From NCBI GenBank assembly GCA_963699755.1, contig CAVOVB010000005.1, forward strand, positions 192,001-256,000: DNA of 64,000 nucleotides, written 5' to 3'. Below the pieces are notes generated by a model. The model was given only the letters and a program-made list of their open reading frames with translations. It did no database searches and was not told where the DNA came from. A program made the position numbers and the translations under genes. The stretch comes from an uncultured delta proteobacterium (GTDB lineage Bacteria; Myxococcota_A; Polyangia; Polyangiales; Houyiibacteriaceae). Of the stretch, positions 40,979 to 49,904 are shown piece after piece (position 1 is the stretch's first letter; each line of letters begins with the position of its first letter).

Positions 40979-41855
40979 CGTCTCCTCCGCCTCGCTCCTC
41001 GAGTTGCACGGCATCCGCGTCACGCACGAGCAGGTTGACGATCTGCCCTTCCAAGTCGTGAGAAAGTCGCGCGACCAAAACGAGCTTCTCCGACCGATTG
41101 GCGGTGCGGCTCCACCAGCCACCAACGCCGGGCTGGAAGCCCATGGCCGCCAGCAGGTCCTTGGCGACACCGTTCCTGAGTTGCACGTCGATCGTGCTGA
41201 GGGTCATTCGGTCGAGATAATCCTCGGTCGGGCCGAAGTATGCGAGATTCCCCTCGTCTAGCACCATCACTTGGTCGACGAGCGTGCGAATCTCCTCGAG
41301 TCGGTGGGAGCAAAGGAGCAAGGTGGCATCCTGCGTTCGCTCGGAGAGCAGATGGAACAGGTCCCTGCGGGACTCTGTGTCGAGGCTGGCGGTAGGCTCG
41401 TCGAGCACATAGAGCGTCGCACGACTAGCAAGAGCAAGCGAAATCAAGGTCTTCTGCTTTGCGCCCCCGGACAGATTGCAGAACGCCTGGCGCCCAGCGG
41501 CGCGGAGATCGATGCCCAAGTCCGCGCCGGCATTCACCACCGCCTCCGGCGAGATCTCACGAACGCGGGTGATCGCCCTGATCACTTCCGCGACGGAGGC
41601 GCTGAACTTCGGCGCGATCTGCGGGACATATGCGATCCGGTCGGCGATCTCCGTGTGCCGTTTCTTCTCGCCGTCGAGCAAGAGCTGACCTTCGCAGCGG
41701 AGCAGGCCGAGAATGATCCGGATCAGCGTCGACTTTCCCGAAGCATTGGGGCCGATCAACCCGACCCTCCCGCCGCTCGGTATGGTGAAGTCGATTCCGC
41801 GAAGCGCTTGGACCCGACCGAACCTCTTTCGAACCGCCCTGCCCTCAACGCGCAT
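40959..41855 (-). CDS. nosF: NosF ABC ATPase
   Basis: GPNASGKST, YVPQ, LSGG.KQK, LDEPTASLD, SH; lies between nosD and nosL. Confidence 0.88.
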   Translation of the reverse strand: MRVEGRAVRKRFGRVQALRGIDFTIPSGGRVGLIGPNASGKSTLIRIILGLLRCEGQLLLDGEKKRHTEIADRIAYVPQIAPKFSASVAEVIRAITRVREISPEAVVNAGADLGIDLRAAGRQAFCNLSGGAKQKTLISLALASRATLYVLDEPTASLDTESRRDLFHLLSERTQDATLLLCSHRLEEIRTLVDQVMVLDEGNLAYFGPTEDYLDRMTLSTIDVQLRNGVAKDLLAAMGFQPGVGGWWSRTANRSEKLVLVARLSHDLEGQIVNLLVRDADAVQLEERGGGDDVHHDH

Positions 41856-43203
41856 CGAGGCCACTCCGGTCCAGCGCGCCCATCCTGGGCCGCGGATCGA
41901 CCATCGTAGTCTCCGGCTCGACCATCGGAAACAACGAGCTGATCGCATCGAGAAGTGGGAGCGTGATTCCCCCACGAAAGAACTGCAGCTGGGGATACGT
42001 GCTCTCCAACTGGCTGCTCAAGCGACGAAGCACGTATGGAATGTCCCCGAATCCGTCTCGATCCATGTCGTAGCCGACATAGTCGTCAAAAGCGTTTCCG
42101 TTCCACTCGACCGCTAGCGCATCTCCGCCCCCCTCGACTTGAAGTTGGGAATGATTGCTCACGAACTGGTTGCCGCGAAACGCGTTTCGCGTCTCACTCG
42201 AGTGCATGAGAATCGCAACCTCCGAGTGGAAGAACGCATTGTTCTCGAAGCTGTTGAAATCGTCTGGTTCGAGCGGCGCGGTGTCCATGTAGACGCCCTT
42301 GGTGTTCGCGATGAAGGAGTTGCCGGAGACGGTCAAGTTGCCGGACTCTTTGATGCCGAGGCCCATACCTCCGGGACCGGTGGACCGAGCCAGCAGGTTG
42401 TCATGCAGCCCCAAGTTGCGGCTGTACATGATGAAGATACCTACCACGTTGTCGAGATAGCGGTTCCCCTCGACCTGGTTCTCGTGGCTGTACATGAAGT
42501 GCGTGCCGTACCGACTTCGAATGACCGTGTTCCTGGAGATGCGATTGCCGCTCGAGTACCAGACGACCATGTCGCGGCATCCGATGACCTGGTTGTCCTG
42601 CACGACTGAATCCCGGGTTTCCCAGAGACGAATCCCGTCGCCCCGGAGGCCGAGCGGCCCTTGGTCCGGACCCTGCACGACATTGTTCAGAATCGAAGCG
42701 CGATTGGCTTTCTCGATGAGCAGGCCGAACGCCGCTCCCTGAACGCGCACGCCCTCGACACGAACATCGTCGGCGACGACGTGGACTGCTGCGTCCAGGG
42801 TGTCGAAACGGCCGCCGCTCCCGTCGACGGTCAGGCCGCTGAGCGCGGAGCCGTCTGCCTCGATTTGGATCGTGGTTCCCCTGCCGGCCGAACGAATCAG
42901 CGCCTCCCTTGGGCCCCAAATCTCGACGCGCTTGTGGACCCTCAATGGCCCCGAGTACGACCCGGGCTCGAGACAAAGCGCGTTACCGCCCTCGGCGCCG
43001 TCGACGATCGCTTGCAGGTTCGACCCTGCGGCAACGGTCGTGCAATCAGCAGGCCTCGAGGGCAGAGCGGGCGATGCTTCTGCGGGGAGAGGCCGCGCGG
43101 CGTCCAATGCACACGCGGCGACGGTGATCAGCCCCAAGGCGCACCAACACGCACGGCCAGGAGCGTTTCGCCCACGGCCGACGCGCGCGGCGCCACCAAT
43201 CAA
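41845..43203 (-). CDS. nosD: NosD periplasmic CuZ maturation protein
   Basis: Beta-helix; RGDGIRLW, RYGTHFMYS, MYS, GYD...DGFGDIPY, D..PRM; start uncertain. Confidence 0.92.
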   Translation of the reverse strand: MIGGAARVGRGRNAPGRACWCALGLITVAACALDAARPLPAEASPALPSRPADCTTVAAGSNLQAIVDGAEGGNALCLEPGSYSGPLRVHKRVEIWGPREALIRSAGRGTTIQIEADGSALSGLTVDGSGGRFDTLDAAVHVVADDVRVEGVRVQGAAFGLLIEKANRASILNNVVQGPDQGPLGLRGDGIRLWETRDSVVQDNQVIGCRDMVVWYSSGNRISRNTVIRSRYGTHFMYSHENQVEGNRYLDNVVGIFIMYSRNLGLHDNLLARSTGPGGMGLGIKESGNLTVSGNSFIANTKGVYMDTAPLEPDDFNSFENNAFFHSEVAILMHSSETRNAFRGNQFVSNHSQLQVEGGGDALAVEWNGNAFDDYVGYDMDRDGFGDIPYVLRRLSSQLESTYPQLQFFRGGITLPLLDAISSLFPMVEPETTMVDPRPRMGALDRSGLDAR

Positions 43204-45170
43204 CTCGGTTCCACCAATAGGTAGCCCGCCATCTCGAGGTGGAGGGCCGAGCAGAACTCGGTGCAGTAGAACGGGAATGTGCCCTCTTGGTCTGCCTCGA
43301 ACGAGATGTCGACGTGCTTGCCGGGCTCGAGGCTGCTGTGGACGTTGTATGAGCCGATGGTGAAACCATGGGTCGCGTCGTGCGCTTGTTCCACGTTGGT
43401 GATGTGCAGGTTAACCGTGTCGCCCTTCTTGACGCGAATGATGTCGGGCGTGAAATGGCTTCGCACCGACGTCATGTAAACGTCGACGGTCTTGCCTTCG
43501 CGTACGATGCGCTCTTCCTTGGCCTTGACGGCGTTTGGGTTAGGCGCGTCGGTCACCACGTCGTAACCAGCTGGCTTGTACACGTCCACTGGCTTGAGCT
43601 TGTCAGCCTTGATCATCTGCGCGTAGTGCGGCTCGCCGAGCGGAAGCGGCATGTCGTAGATGAGCTGCATCGGCTCGGAGTTGATGTTGATGAGCTGAAA
43701 GTTCTGCGGAAGCAGAGGGCCGACCTTGGCGAAACGGTCGAGCGCCCACTTGTTCATCGCGATCAGGTACCCGCCATCCGGGCTGACCGTGTCACCCTCC
43801 GCAGACACGATGTGACCGACATTGTAGTGAACCTTCACCTTCTCGAGAACCTTGAGGTCCTTGAGCGACCACTTGGCCACGGTGGATTCGATGAAGACCG
43901 AGGTGTAGGCGTTGCCCTTGTCATCGTACTGCGTGTGAAGAGGACCGAGGCCGATCTCGACCTGGCCTCGGATGCTGTCGGCGAAGGGAAGGATCGGAAC
44001 GCCGAACGGGTCCTTGCCTTCGTACTTCTTCGCGTCGATCAGGCCCTTGAGCTTCTCGAAGCTGTAGACGGTGGCGTGCGTGTCGAGCTTGCCCGAAACG
44101 ACCAGCTCTTTGCCGTCCGGCGTGACGTCCACGCCGTGTGGGCTCTTCGGCTCGCCCACGAGGTGCAAAAGACCCTCGGCATTGCTAGTCTCCAGCGCGA
44201 TCACGTCCATGCCGGCGATCTTCTTGGTCTTGCCTGCCTTGTAGACAGCCTCAGCCTTCTTGAGATCGATGATGTGGAGGTAGTCCATGTCGTTCTGAGA
44301 GGCGCCTGACTCCAACGGTGGATTGCCTTCCATGGTGCCGCCGTGGGCCATCTCGGTGTCGAAGGAGTTGATGAACACCCAGCCCTCGCTCACGAGCTTT
44401 CCGGAATCCGCGAGGTCCTGCATGTAGGGCGGGAGCTCCATGGCGAAGGAATTCGCCTTGTCGATCTTGCCCTTTTCGCGATCGAACTTCCAGAAGATCA
44501 CCGCACCACGATACTTCTCTTGGAAGTCCTCGATCGGTGCATAGCCACCACCAAGCGGAGCCGGGTACTGGCTCGACTCGACGACGTACTCGGTGTTTGG
44601 CGTCACGAATGTCGCACCGTGGTCGCTCTGAATGAGCTCGGAGGTGACGATCTCTTTGGTGACGAAATCGTGCAGGTCGACGACCGCAATACGGGCATTG
44701 GCCTTGTCGTTCACGAAGATGAACCGTCCGTCGTACTCGCCATTGGTTTCGGAAAGCGCGGGATGGTGCATATCACCCCAGGTGATGTCCTTGCCGAAAC
44801 GGCTGCCACCGTCGAGCACCTGACCAGACTGGTCGCCGTAGCCGTAACCCTGCCAGGGCTCCGGCGTGAACACGCCGACGTACTTCAGGATACGCATCGA
44901 CGGAACGCCGATGACGATCATATTGCCGCCGTGACCACCCGACGCGAAGGTCAAGTACTGATCCTTTTGCCCCGTCGGCGTATAGGTCTGAAGCGCCGCG
45001 CTCACGTCGGCTTCACTCAGCCCGCGCGCTTTCATCAAGTCCGCCGTCGAGCTCGCCGGTGCCTGTGACAGCTGCGCTGCCTGCTGTGGGCCGCACCCAA
45101 TGGCGCCCATTGCAAACAACAGAACCCCGATACTTGATACGCCGAACGCACCAATCCTGTTGAACGTCAT
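43200..45170 (-). CDS. nosZ: Clade II (Sec-type) nitrous oxide reductase
   Basis: SGGHGG; seven CuZ His (DMHH, DHG, PHG, GPLH, VGH, EPH); CuA site H...CTEFCSALHLEM; lipobox-like AIGC and no twin-Arg. Confidence 0.97.
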   Translation of the reverse strand: MTFNRIGAFGVSSIGVLLFAMGAIGCGPQQAAQLSQAPASSTADLMKARGLSEADVSAALQTYTPTGQKDQYLTFASGGHGGNMIVIGVPSMRILKYVGVFTPEPWQGYGYGDQSGQVLDGGSRFGKDITWGDMHHPALSETNGEYDGRFIFVNDKANARIAVVDLHDFVTKEIVTSELIQSDHGATFVTPNTEYVVESSQYPAPLGGGYAPIEDFQEKYRGAVIFWKFDREKGKIDKANSFAMELPPYMQDLADSGKLVSEGWVFINSFDTEMAHGGTMEGNPPLESGASQNDMDYLHIIDLKKAEAVYKAGKTKKIAGMDVIALETSNAEGLLHLVGEPKSPHGVDVTPDGKELVVSGKLDTHATVYSFEKLKGLIDAKKYEGKDPFGVPILPFADSIRGQVEIGLGPLHTQYDDKGNAYTSVFIESTVAKWSLKDLKVLEKVKVHYNVGHIVSAEGDTVSPDGGYLIAMNKWALDRFAKVGPLLPQNFQLININSEPMQLIYDMPLPLGEPHYAQMIKADKLKPVDVYKPAGYDVVTDAPNPNAVKAKEERIVREGKTVDVYMTSVRSHFTPDIIRVKKGDTVNLHITNVEQAHDATHGFTIGSYNVHSSLEPGKHVDISFEADQEGTFPFYCTEFCSALHLEMAGYLLVEPS

Positions 45171-45296
45171 TTCATCTCCTCACTTCCCGCAGCGAACGGG
45201 AACTCCTCTAAGCAGCTCCCTTCAGCAGAAGGAGAGCCCAAGTCGACCTGACATTGGTCCCCGCGGCAAGCAGGGGCGCTTCGTGGCGAAGCACGA

Positions 45297-45312
45297 TGCA
45301 ATGACTACGCCA
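45297..45312 (-). promoter_or_regulatory. sigma54 (-24/-12) promoter upstream of nosZ
   Basis: Minus strand TGGCGTAGTCATTGCA = GG-N10-GC with TTGCA, ending 126 nt before the nosZ ATG. Confidence 0.7.
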
Positions 45313-45331
45313 GTCGCCGAAAATAATCCAG

Positions 45332-45763
45332 CTACTTCGCGAGGTCGCGAATGTGCTGGACGAGCTCGGCAACCACTGCGGGCTTGGCGTCGAGGTCTGG
45401 ATTTGCAGGCATCGTCGCCGCCTTACCCACTGCGGTGCCACCGTAGACGATGATCTTCTGGATGTGCTCGTCGGTTACAGATGCCTGCCACTCGGCTGAT
45501 GTAAAATTCCGTGGTTTCGGATCGAGCGCAGCCGAGCCGGCGCCGTCGCCTGCTCCGCCTTCGCCGTGACAAACCGCGCAACGGTTCTGGAAGATCTCGG
45601 CCGCCTCCGCGACTGGATCGGCTGCGGCCTCCGCAGCCGGCGCAGGCGTCGGAGCGGGTGCGGGCTCGGCAGCCTTGGGCTCAGCGGGAGCGGTTTCCTT
45701 CGAGGTGCACCCCGAAACTCCGACGACCAATCCAATGAGCAACGCAATCCACTTTGCACGCAT
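45332..45763 (-). CDS. Monoheme cytochrome c lipoprotein
   Basis: Lipobox VSGC, Pro/Ala linker, CAVCH, PRNF, distal MP. Confidence 0.9.
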   Translation of the reverse strand: MRAKWIALLIGLVVGVSGCTSKETAPAEPKAAEPAPAPTPAPAAEAAADPVAEAAEIFQNRCAVCHGEGGAGDGAGSAALDPKPRNFTSAEWQASVTDEHIQKIIVYGGTAVGKAATMPANPDLDAKPAVVAELVQHIRDLAK

Positions 45764-45962
45764 AGACCCTCCTGGTTGAAGCGCAGTCTAGGCTCACCCG
45801 CTGGGTGGGCCAACCCCCGTTTCAGGAGAAAAATCCATCAATCTGACCGCCGGCGCAGGATTTGCGCGTCGACGAAAGAAGCCGCTTTTGGAATTCCTGT
45901 AGGGAAATTGTGTGTCTATACTCCGCACGCGCCTGGAGGCGTTTCATAACGGGGAGGTTGTG

Positions 45963-46526
45963 ATGAGAGGTTTCGTGAAAATCGCGGTCATCGGAGTGCT
46001 CATGGCTGGGCTCCTCGTCATCGGCTGCAAGAAGCAGGAGGTGGCGCCCGCTGCGCCCGCTCCCGTGGAGGAGGTGGTCGCGGCAGAGGTATCGAACGTC
46101 CCTCCACTGCATGAGAACAACATCGTGAGTATCGCGATCGGCTCAGAGGACCACACGACCCTCGTCGCCGCGCTCAAGGCTGCGGACTATGTCACTTCGG
46201 TCGCGGCGTCCGGTCCACTCACGGTGTTCGCGCCGACGAACGCCGCGTTCGCGAAGCTGCCCGAAGGCACCGTGGAGAACCTAGTCAAAGCCGAGAACGT
46301 CGACACGCTTCGCGAAATCCTGAAGTACCACGTCACGACGTCCGCCGTTCAACCCAGCTGGTTTAAGGAGGGTCAGACCCTTGGCATGGCCAACGGCAAG
46401 AAGACCACGATGCACGTGAACGGTGAGGAACTTTCGCTCAATGACGCGAAGATTATCGCCCGGATTCCGGCCGAGAACGGAATGCTCTACGTCGTCGATA
46501 CGGTGCTCCTTCCGCCCGAGAACTAG
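45963..46526 (+). CDS. Fasciclin (FAS1) domain lipoprotein
   Basis: VIGC lipobox, HTTLVAAL, TVFAPTNAAF, ILKYHV, NG...VVDTVLLP. Confidence 0.92.
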   Translation: MRGFVKIAVIGVLMAGLLVIGCKKQEVAPAAPAPVEEVVAAEVSNVPPLHENNIVSIAIGSEDHTTLVAALKAADYVTSVAASGPLTVFAPTNAAFAKLPEGTVENLVKAENVDTLREILKYHVTTSAVQPSWFKEGQTLGMANGKKTTMHVNGEELSLNDAKIIARIPAENGMLYVVDTVLLPPEN

Positions 46527-46686
46527 GCGGCGATGAGGACCGGGGCGTGACGTTGTGCCAGAATGACGCCCAACCTTGCCGCTGGACATCCGATGGGAAC
46601 CTGCGCATCCTCTGGGGTCTCACCCCCAACCAGACCGCCCGCGTCGAGCTGACGATCAGTCCGGGCGGCTCCGCAGAGAGGTCGCG

Positions 46687-47559
46687 ATGAGCAAGCTGAA
46701 TGGTAGACGTGTACTGATCACGGGTGGAGCCCAGGGCATCGGCCTGGAGATGGCGATCCAGTTCGCGCGGCATGGCTCGGAGATCGTCCTCGCGGACCTC
46801 GACGAGGAAAAGCTCAATTCGGCGACGGCGAAGATCGCCGAGCTCGGCGTTCGGGCATGGGGCTTCCCGGTCGACGTCACGAACCCCGCGAGCATCGCAT
46901 TGCTCAAAGCGCAGGTCGGCGCTGAGGCGGGTCCGATCGACATTCTGGTCAACAACGCGGGCGTGGTGTTTGGCGGCCCCTTCACCAAAACGCCACTCGA
47001 TGATCACTTCAAGACCTACGAGGTCAACACCCTGGGCGTGGTCGCGATGACGCACGCATTCCTGGACGAGCTCATCTCGAGGCCTGAGGCGCACCTGGTC
47101 AATATCTCGAGCGCATCGGGCTTCATCGGGCTGCCGTACGGCTCAAGCTATGCGTCGAGCAAGTGGGCCGTGATCGGCTTTTCCGAATCGATTCGTGCCG
47201 AGCTGAACTTGGAGGGGCACAAGCACGTCCACGTGACGATCGTCTGCCCGAGCTACATCGGCACCGGCATGTTCGAAGGCGCAGAAGCACCGAAAACCAC
47301 GCATATCCTGGAGCCCGAATTCGTCGCCGAAAAGGTCGTCCACGCCGTGGAGCACAATGCGGTCTACGTGAAGGAGCCTTGGATTGTGAAGATCACCCCG
47401 CTCCTGCGTGACCTCCTACCGACGGCGCTATACGACCAAATCTCCCATCTCTTCGGCGCAGACACATCGATGGCTCAATGGAAGGGGCGTCACGGCCAAG
47501 ACAGGTCGGAGGCCAAGGAACAGCCGGCAAGCGGCGATCAGCCAGATGCGGAACGGTAA
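46687..47559 (+). CDS. Classical SDR oxidoreductase (retinol/17beta-HSD-like)
   Basis: TGGAQGIG, NNAG, SS, YASSK, TGMF.G. Confidence 0.9.
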   Translation: MSKLNGRRVLITGGAQGIGLEMAIQFARHGSEIVLADLDEEKLNSATAKIAELGVRAWGFPVDVTNPASIALLKAQVGAEAGPIDILVNNAGVVFGGPFTKTPLDDHFKTYEVNTLGVVAMTHAFLDELISRPEAHLVNISSASGFIGLPYGSSYASSKWAVIGFSESIRAELNLEGHKHVHVTIVCPSYIGTGMFEGAEAPKTTHILEPEFVAEKVVHAVEHNAVYVKEPWIVKITPLLRDLLPTALYDQISHLFGADTSMAQWKGRHGQDRSEAKEQPASGDQPDAER

Positions 47560-48152
47560 CGCGCGAGGAACATGAGCACGACCTCGCGCGTGAGGAGCTC
47601 GCGACGCGCGGGCTCCATTGGCCCCTGAAGGAGCTGCGGCCAGAACAACGCCCCGGCCGTCATCTGACCAAACATGTGGGCGGCGAGCTCGGGTTCCGGA
47701 ACGCTGAGATATCCCGCTCGGTCGGCTTGGCGTAGCCACGTCGCAAGGGTGTTCTCGTCCTCGTTCGCGCGGGTGATGATTTCCTGCAAAAGCTCCGGTT
47801 GTCGGATGTAGACCCCGAGCACCACGCGCGTGAGGCAGCGTGCGCTCTGGTCCTCGGAGAGCAAGGTCTTGGAGCGTACGAAGTCGCGGAGCTGCTCTTC
47901 GAGCGGGCGGTCTGGGTCCCAAGCGACCTCCTTGAAGGACATCGACCCCGCGAGCAGCCTCTCGACGACAGCCTGAAAGAGCGCCTCTTTGCTGCCGAAG
48001 TGGTTGTAGACCGTCCGCTTGGAGGCCCCTGCCAGCTCGGCGATCCGGTCCATGCTCGTACATTCGTAGCCCTCGTCCCGGAACGCAGCCGTCGCGGCGT
48101 CCAGAATCCTCCCGTGCTTTGCGCTGGTACGTGATTTTTCCTTGGTCTTCAT
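47538..48152 (-). CDS. TetR/AcrR-family regulator
   Basis: ILDAA..F...GY..TSMDRIAELAGASKRTVYNHFGSKEALF. Confidence 0.93.
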   Translation of the reverse strand: MKTKEKSRTSAKHGRILDAATAAFRDEGYECTSMDRIAELAGASKRTVYNHFGSKEALFQAVVERLLAGSMSFKEVAWDPDRPLEEQLRDFVRSKTLLSEDQSARCLTRVVLGVYIRQPELLQEIITRANEDENTLATWLRQADRAGYLSVPEPELAAHMFGQMTAGALFWPQLLQGPMEPARRELLTREVVLMFLARYRSASG

Positions 48153-48165
48153 GATCTTGTAAAAA

Positions 48166-48229
48166 CTACACCGTGCAGTGCATTTTCTTCTTGACCCCCT
48201 GAGAGGCGAAACTACACTGTGTAGTGTAG
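48166..48229. promoter_or_regulatory. Two TetR-type operators in the divergent promoter region
   Basis: Perfect CTACACT-N4-AGTGTAG (48212-48229) and degenerate CTACACC-N4-AGTGCAT (48166-48183); TTGACC-N16-TACACT (48191-48218) overlaps the perfect site. Confidence 0.8.
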
Positions 48230-48290
48230 GAGTTTTGGGCAGCCAGGCAAGGCCTGATTGCTCAACCAGGGAAGATTCAGGAGGTCCGTT

Positions 48291-48923
48291 ATGCGAGGCA
48301 GTTCAGAACCAACCCGGCGCGCGATGAGGCAGGTGCTTTGGATTGGGGGCCTGCTCGGCACCTCGCTGATCGGCGCCGCCCCGGGTCACGCTGCGGCCAC
48401 AGATGGGCTCGAGGAGAATGCGGGGATCTTCACCGCGCAGATTCCGGAAGAAGGCTCGGACATCGCCGGTGGCCGGGCGGTCATCGTCGTGGACAAGCCG
48501 ATCGAGGAGGTCGTGCCGATCCTTCTTGACTACGGCAACTACGCGCAGTTCATGCCCAACTTCACCAAGTCGAAGGTGTTGGCGCAGCGCGGCAGCAGGG
48601 CGATGGTGTACATGGAGGTTAGCGTGGCCAAGGGCATGTACACGCTCTACGGGCAGCTCAATCTTTCGGAGCGTCCCCTAGATGGGGAGGCGCGAGTCAT
48701 CGAGGGCCGACTCCTCGAGGGCAATATCGACGCCTTCAACGCCAGCTTCAAGCTCACGCCGGTCGACGGCGGCGTTCGCACTGAGATCGAGTTCACAATC
48801 TACGTCGATCCGGACCTTCCACTGCCCTCGTCGGTCTTCAGTCGAGAGAACGAACGAGCCGCCGGCCGCGCGGTCCGCGCCCTGCGGGCACGGATTGGCG
48901 AAACGCCAGGTGGCTCGGCCTGA
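48291..48923 (+). CDS. SRPBCC/START-like exported lipid-binding protein
   Basis: Signal peptide; V..IL.DY.NY.QFMP..; C-terminal helix typical of the helix-grip fold. Confidence 0.72.
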   Translation: MRGSSEPTRRAMRQVLWIGGLLGTSLIGAAPGHAAATDGLEENAGIFTAQIPEEGSDIAGGRAVIVVDKPIEEVVPILLDYGNYAQFMPNFTKSKVLAQRGSRAMVYMEVSVAKGMYTLYGQLNLSERPLDGEARVIEGRLLEGNIDAFNASFKLTPVDGGVRTEIEFTIYVDPDLPLPSSVFSRENERAAGRAVRALRARIGETPGGSA

Positions 48924-48972
48924 GCGCCCAACCCACACTGGTCGCCCAACCGGGAACTTGGAGGAGTCCGCG

Positions 48973-49875
48973 ATGAGCAAGCAGAACTGGAACGCAGAGC
49001 AGCTCGGTGACCAAACCGGCCGCGTCGCGATCGTGACTGGGTCCAACAGCGGAATTGGTTTCGAAACCGCGCGGGTGCTCGCCGGCAAGGGCTCGACCGT
49101 GGTGATGGCGTGCCGGAATCTCGGCAAGGCCAATCCCAAAGCCGAGGAGATTCGTGTTGCGCACCCCGGCGCCGATGTCGAAGTCATGCCGCTCGACCTC
49201 TCGGACCTCGACTCGGTTCGGCGCTTTGCCGAAGCGTTTCGCGCCAAACATTCGCGCCTCGATCTCCTGATCAACAATGCGGGGATCATGGTTCCGCCGT
49301 ACGGCAAGACCGCCCAGGGTTTCGAAACACAGTTCGGAGTCAACCATCTCGGACACTTCGCGCTCACCGGATCCTTACTGGACCTCATCACCGGGACCCC
49401 CGGTTCGCGCATCGTCACCGTGAGCAGCATCGCCCACCTCGTGGGCACGATTGATTTCTCGGATCTCAACTGGGAGGACGGCTACAAGGCGCAGGCCGCG
49501 TACGGTCGAAGCAAGCTCGCGAATCTCTTGTTTACCTATGAGCTCCAGCGACGCTTGGCCGCAGCGGGCAAAGACACACTCGCCGTCGCCGCACACCCGG
49601 GCTGGACCGCAACCAACCTACAAGAGAATGCGAAGGCAGCGAAGTTCTTGAATCGCTTCCTTGCGCAGCGACCCCTGATGGGCGCCCTACCCACTCTCTA
49701 CGCCGCCACCGAACCGAGCGTGCGTGGCGCGGAGTACTTCGGCCCTGGCGGCTTCATGGAGCTGAACGGCGCGCCAAAGAAGGTGAAGTCCAACAAGCGC
49801 TCGCACGATCAAAACCTGGCCGAGCGTCTCTGGAACGTCTCCGAGGAGCTCACGGGCGTTCGATTTCGGATCTAG
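48973..49875 (+). CDS. SDR oxidoreductase (WWOX/RDH12-like)
   Basis: TGSNSGIG, LDL, NNAG, NHLGHF, YGRSK, HPG. Confidence 0.92.
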   Translation: MSKQNWNAEQLGDQTGRVAIVTGSNSGIGFETARVLAGKGSTVVMACRNLGKANPKAEEIRVAHPGADVEVMPLDLSDLDSVRRFAEAFRAKHSRLDLLINNAGIMVPPYGKTAQGFETQFGVNHLGHFALTGSLLDLITGTPGSRIVTVSSIAHLVGTIDFSDLNWEDGYKAQAAYGRSKLANLLFTYELQRRLAAAGKDTLAVAAHPGWTATNLQENAKAAKFLNRFLAQRPLMGALPTLYAATEPSVRGAEYFGPGGFMELNGAPKKVKSNKRSHDQNLAERLWNVSEELTGVRFRI

Positions 49876-49904
49876 CTTTTGCTGAATCGATGGTAGAAGG
49901 GCCT

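Noticed and set aside
45764..45962. FNR/DNR box upstream of cyt c / fasciclin
   Set aside because: Only half-sites or wrongly spaced matches to TTGAT-N4-ATCAA are present
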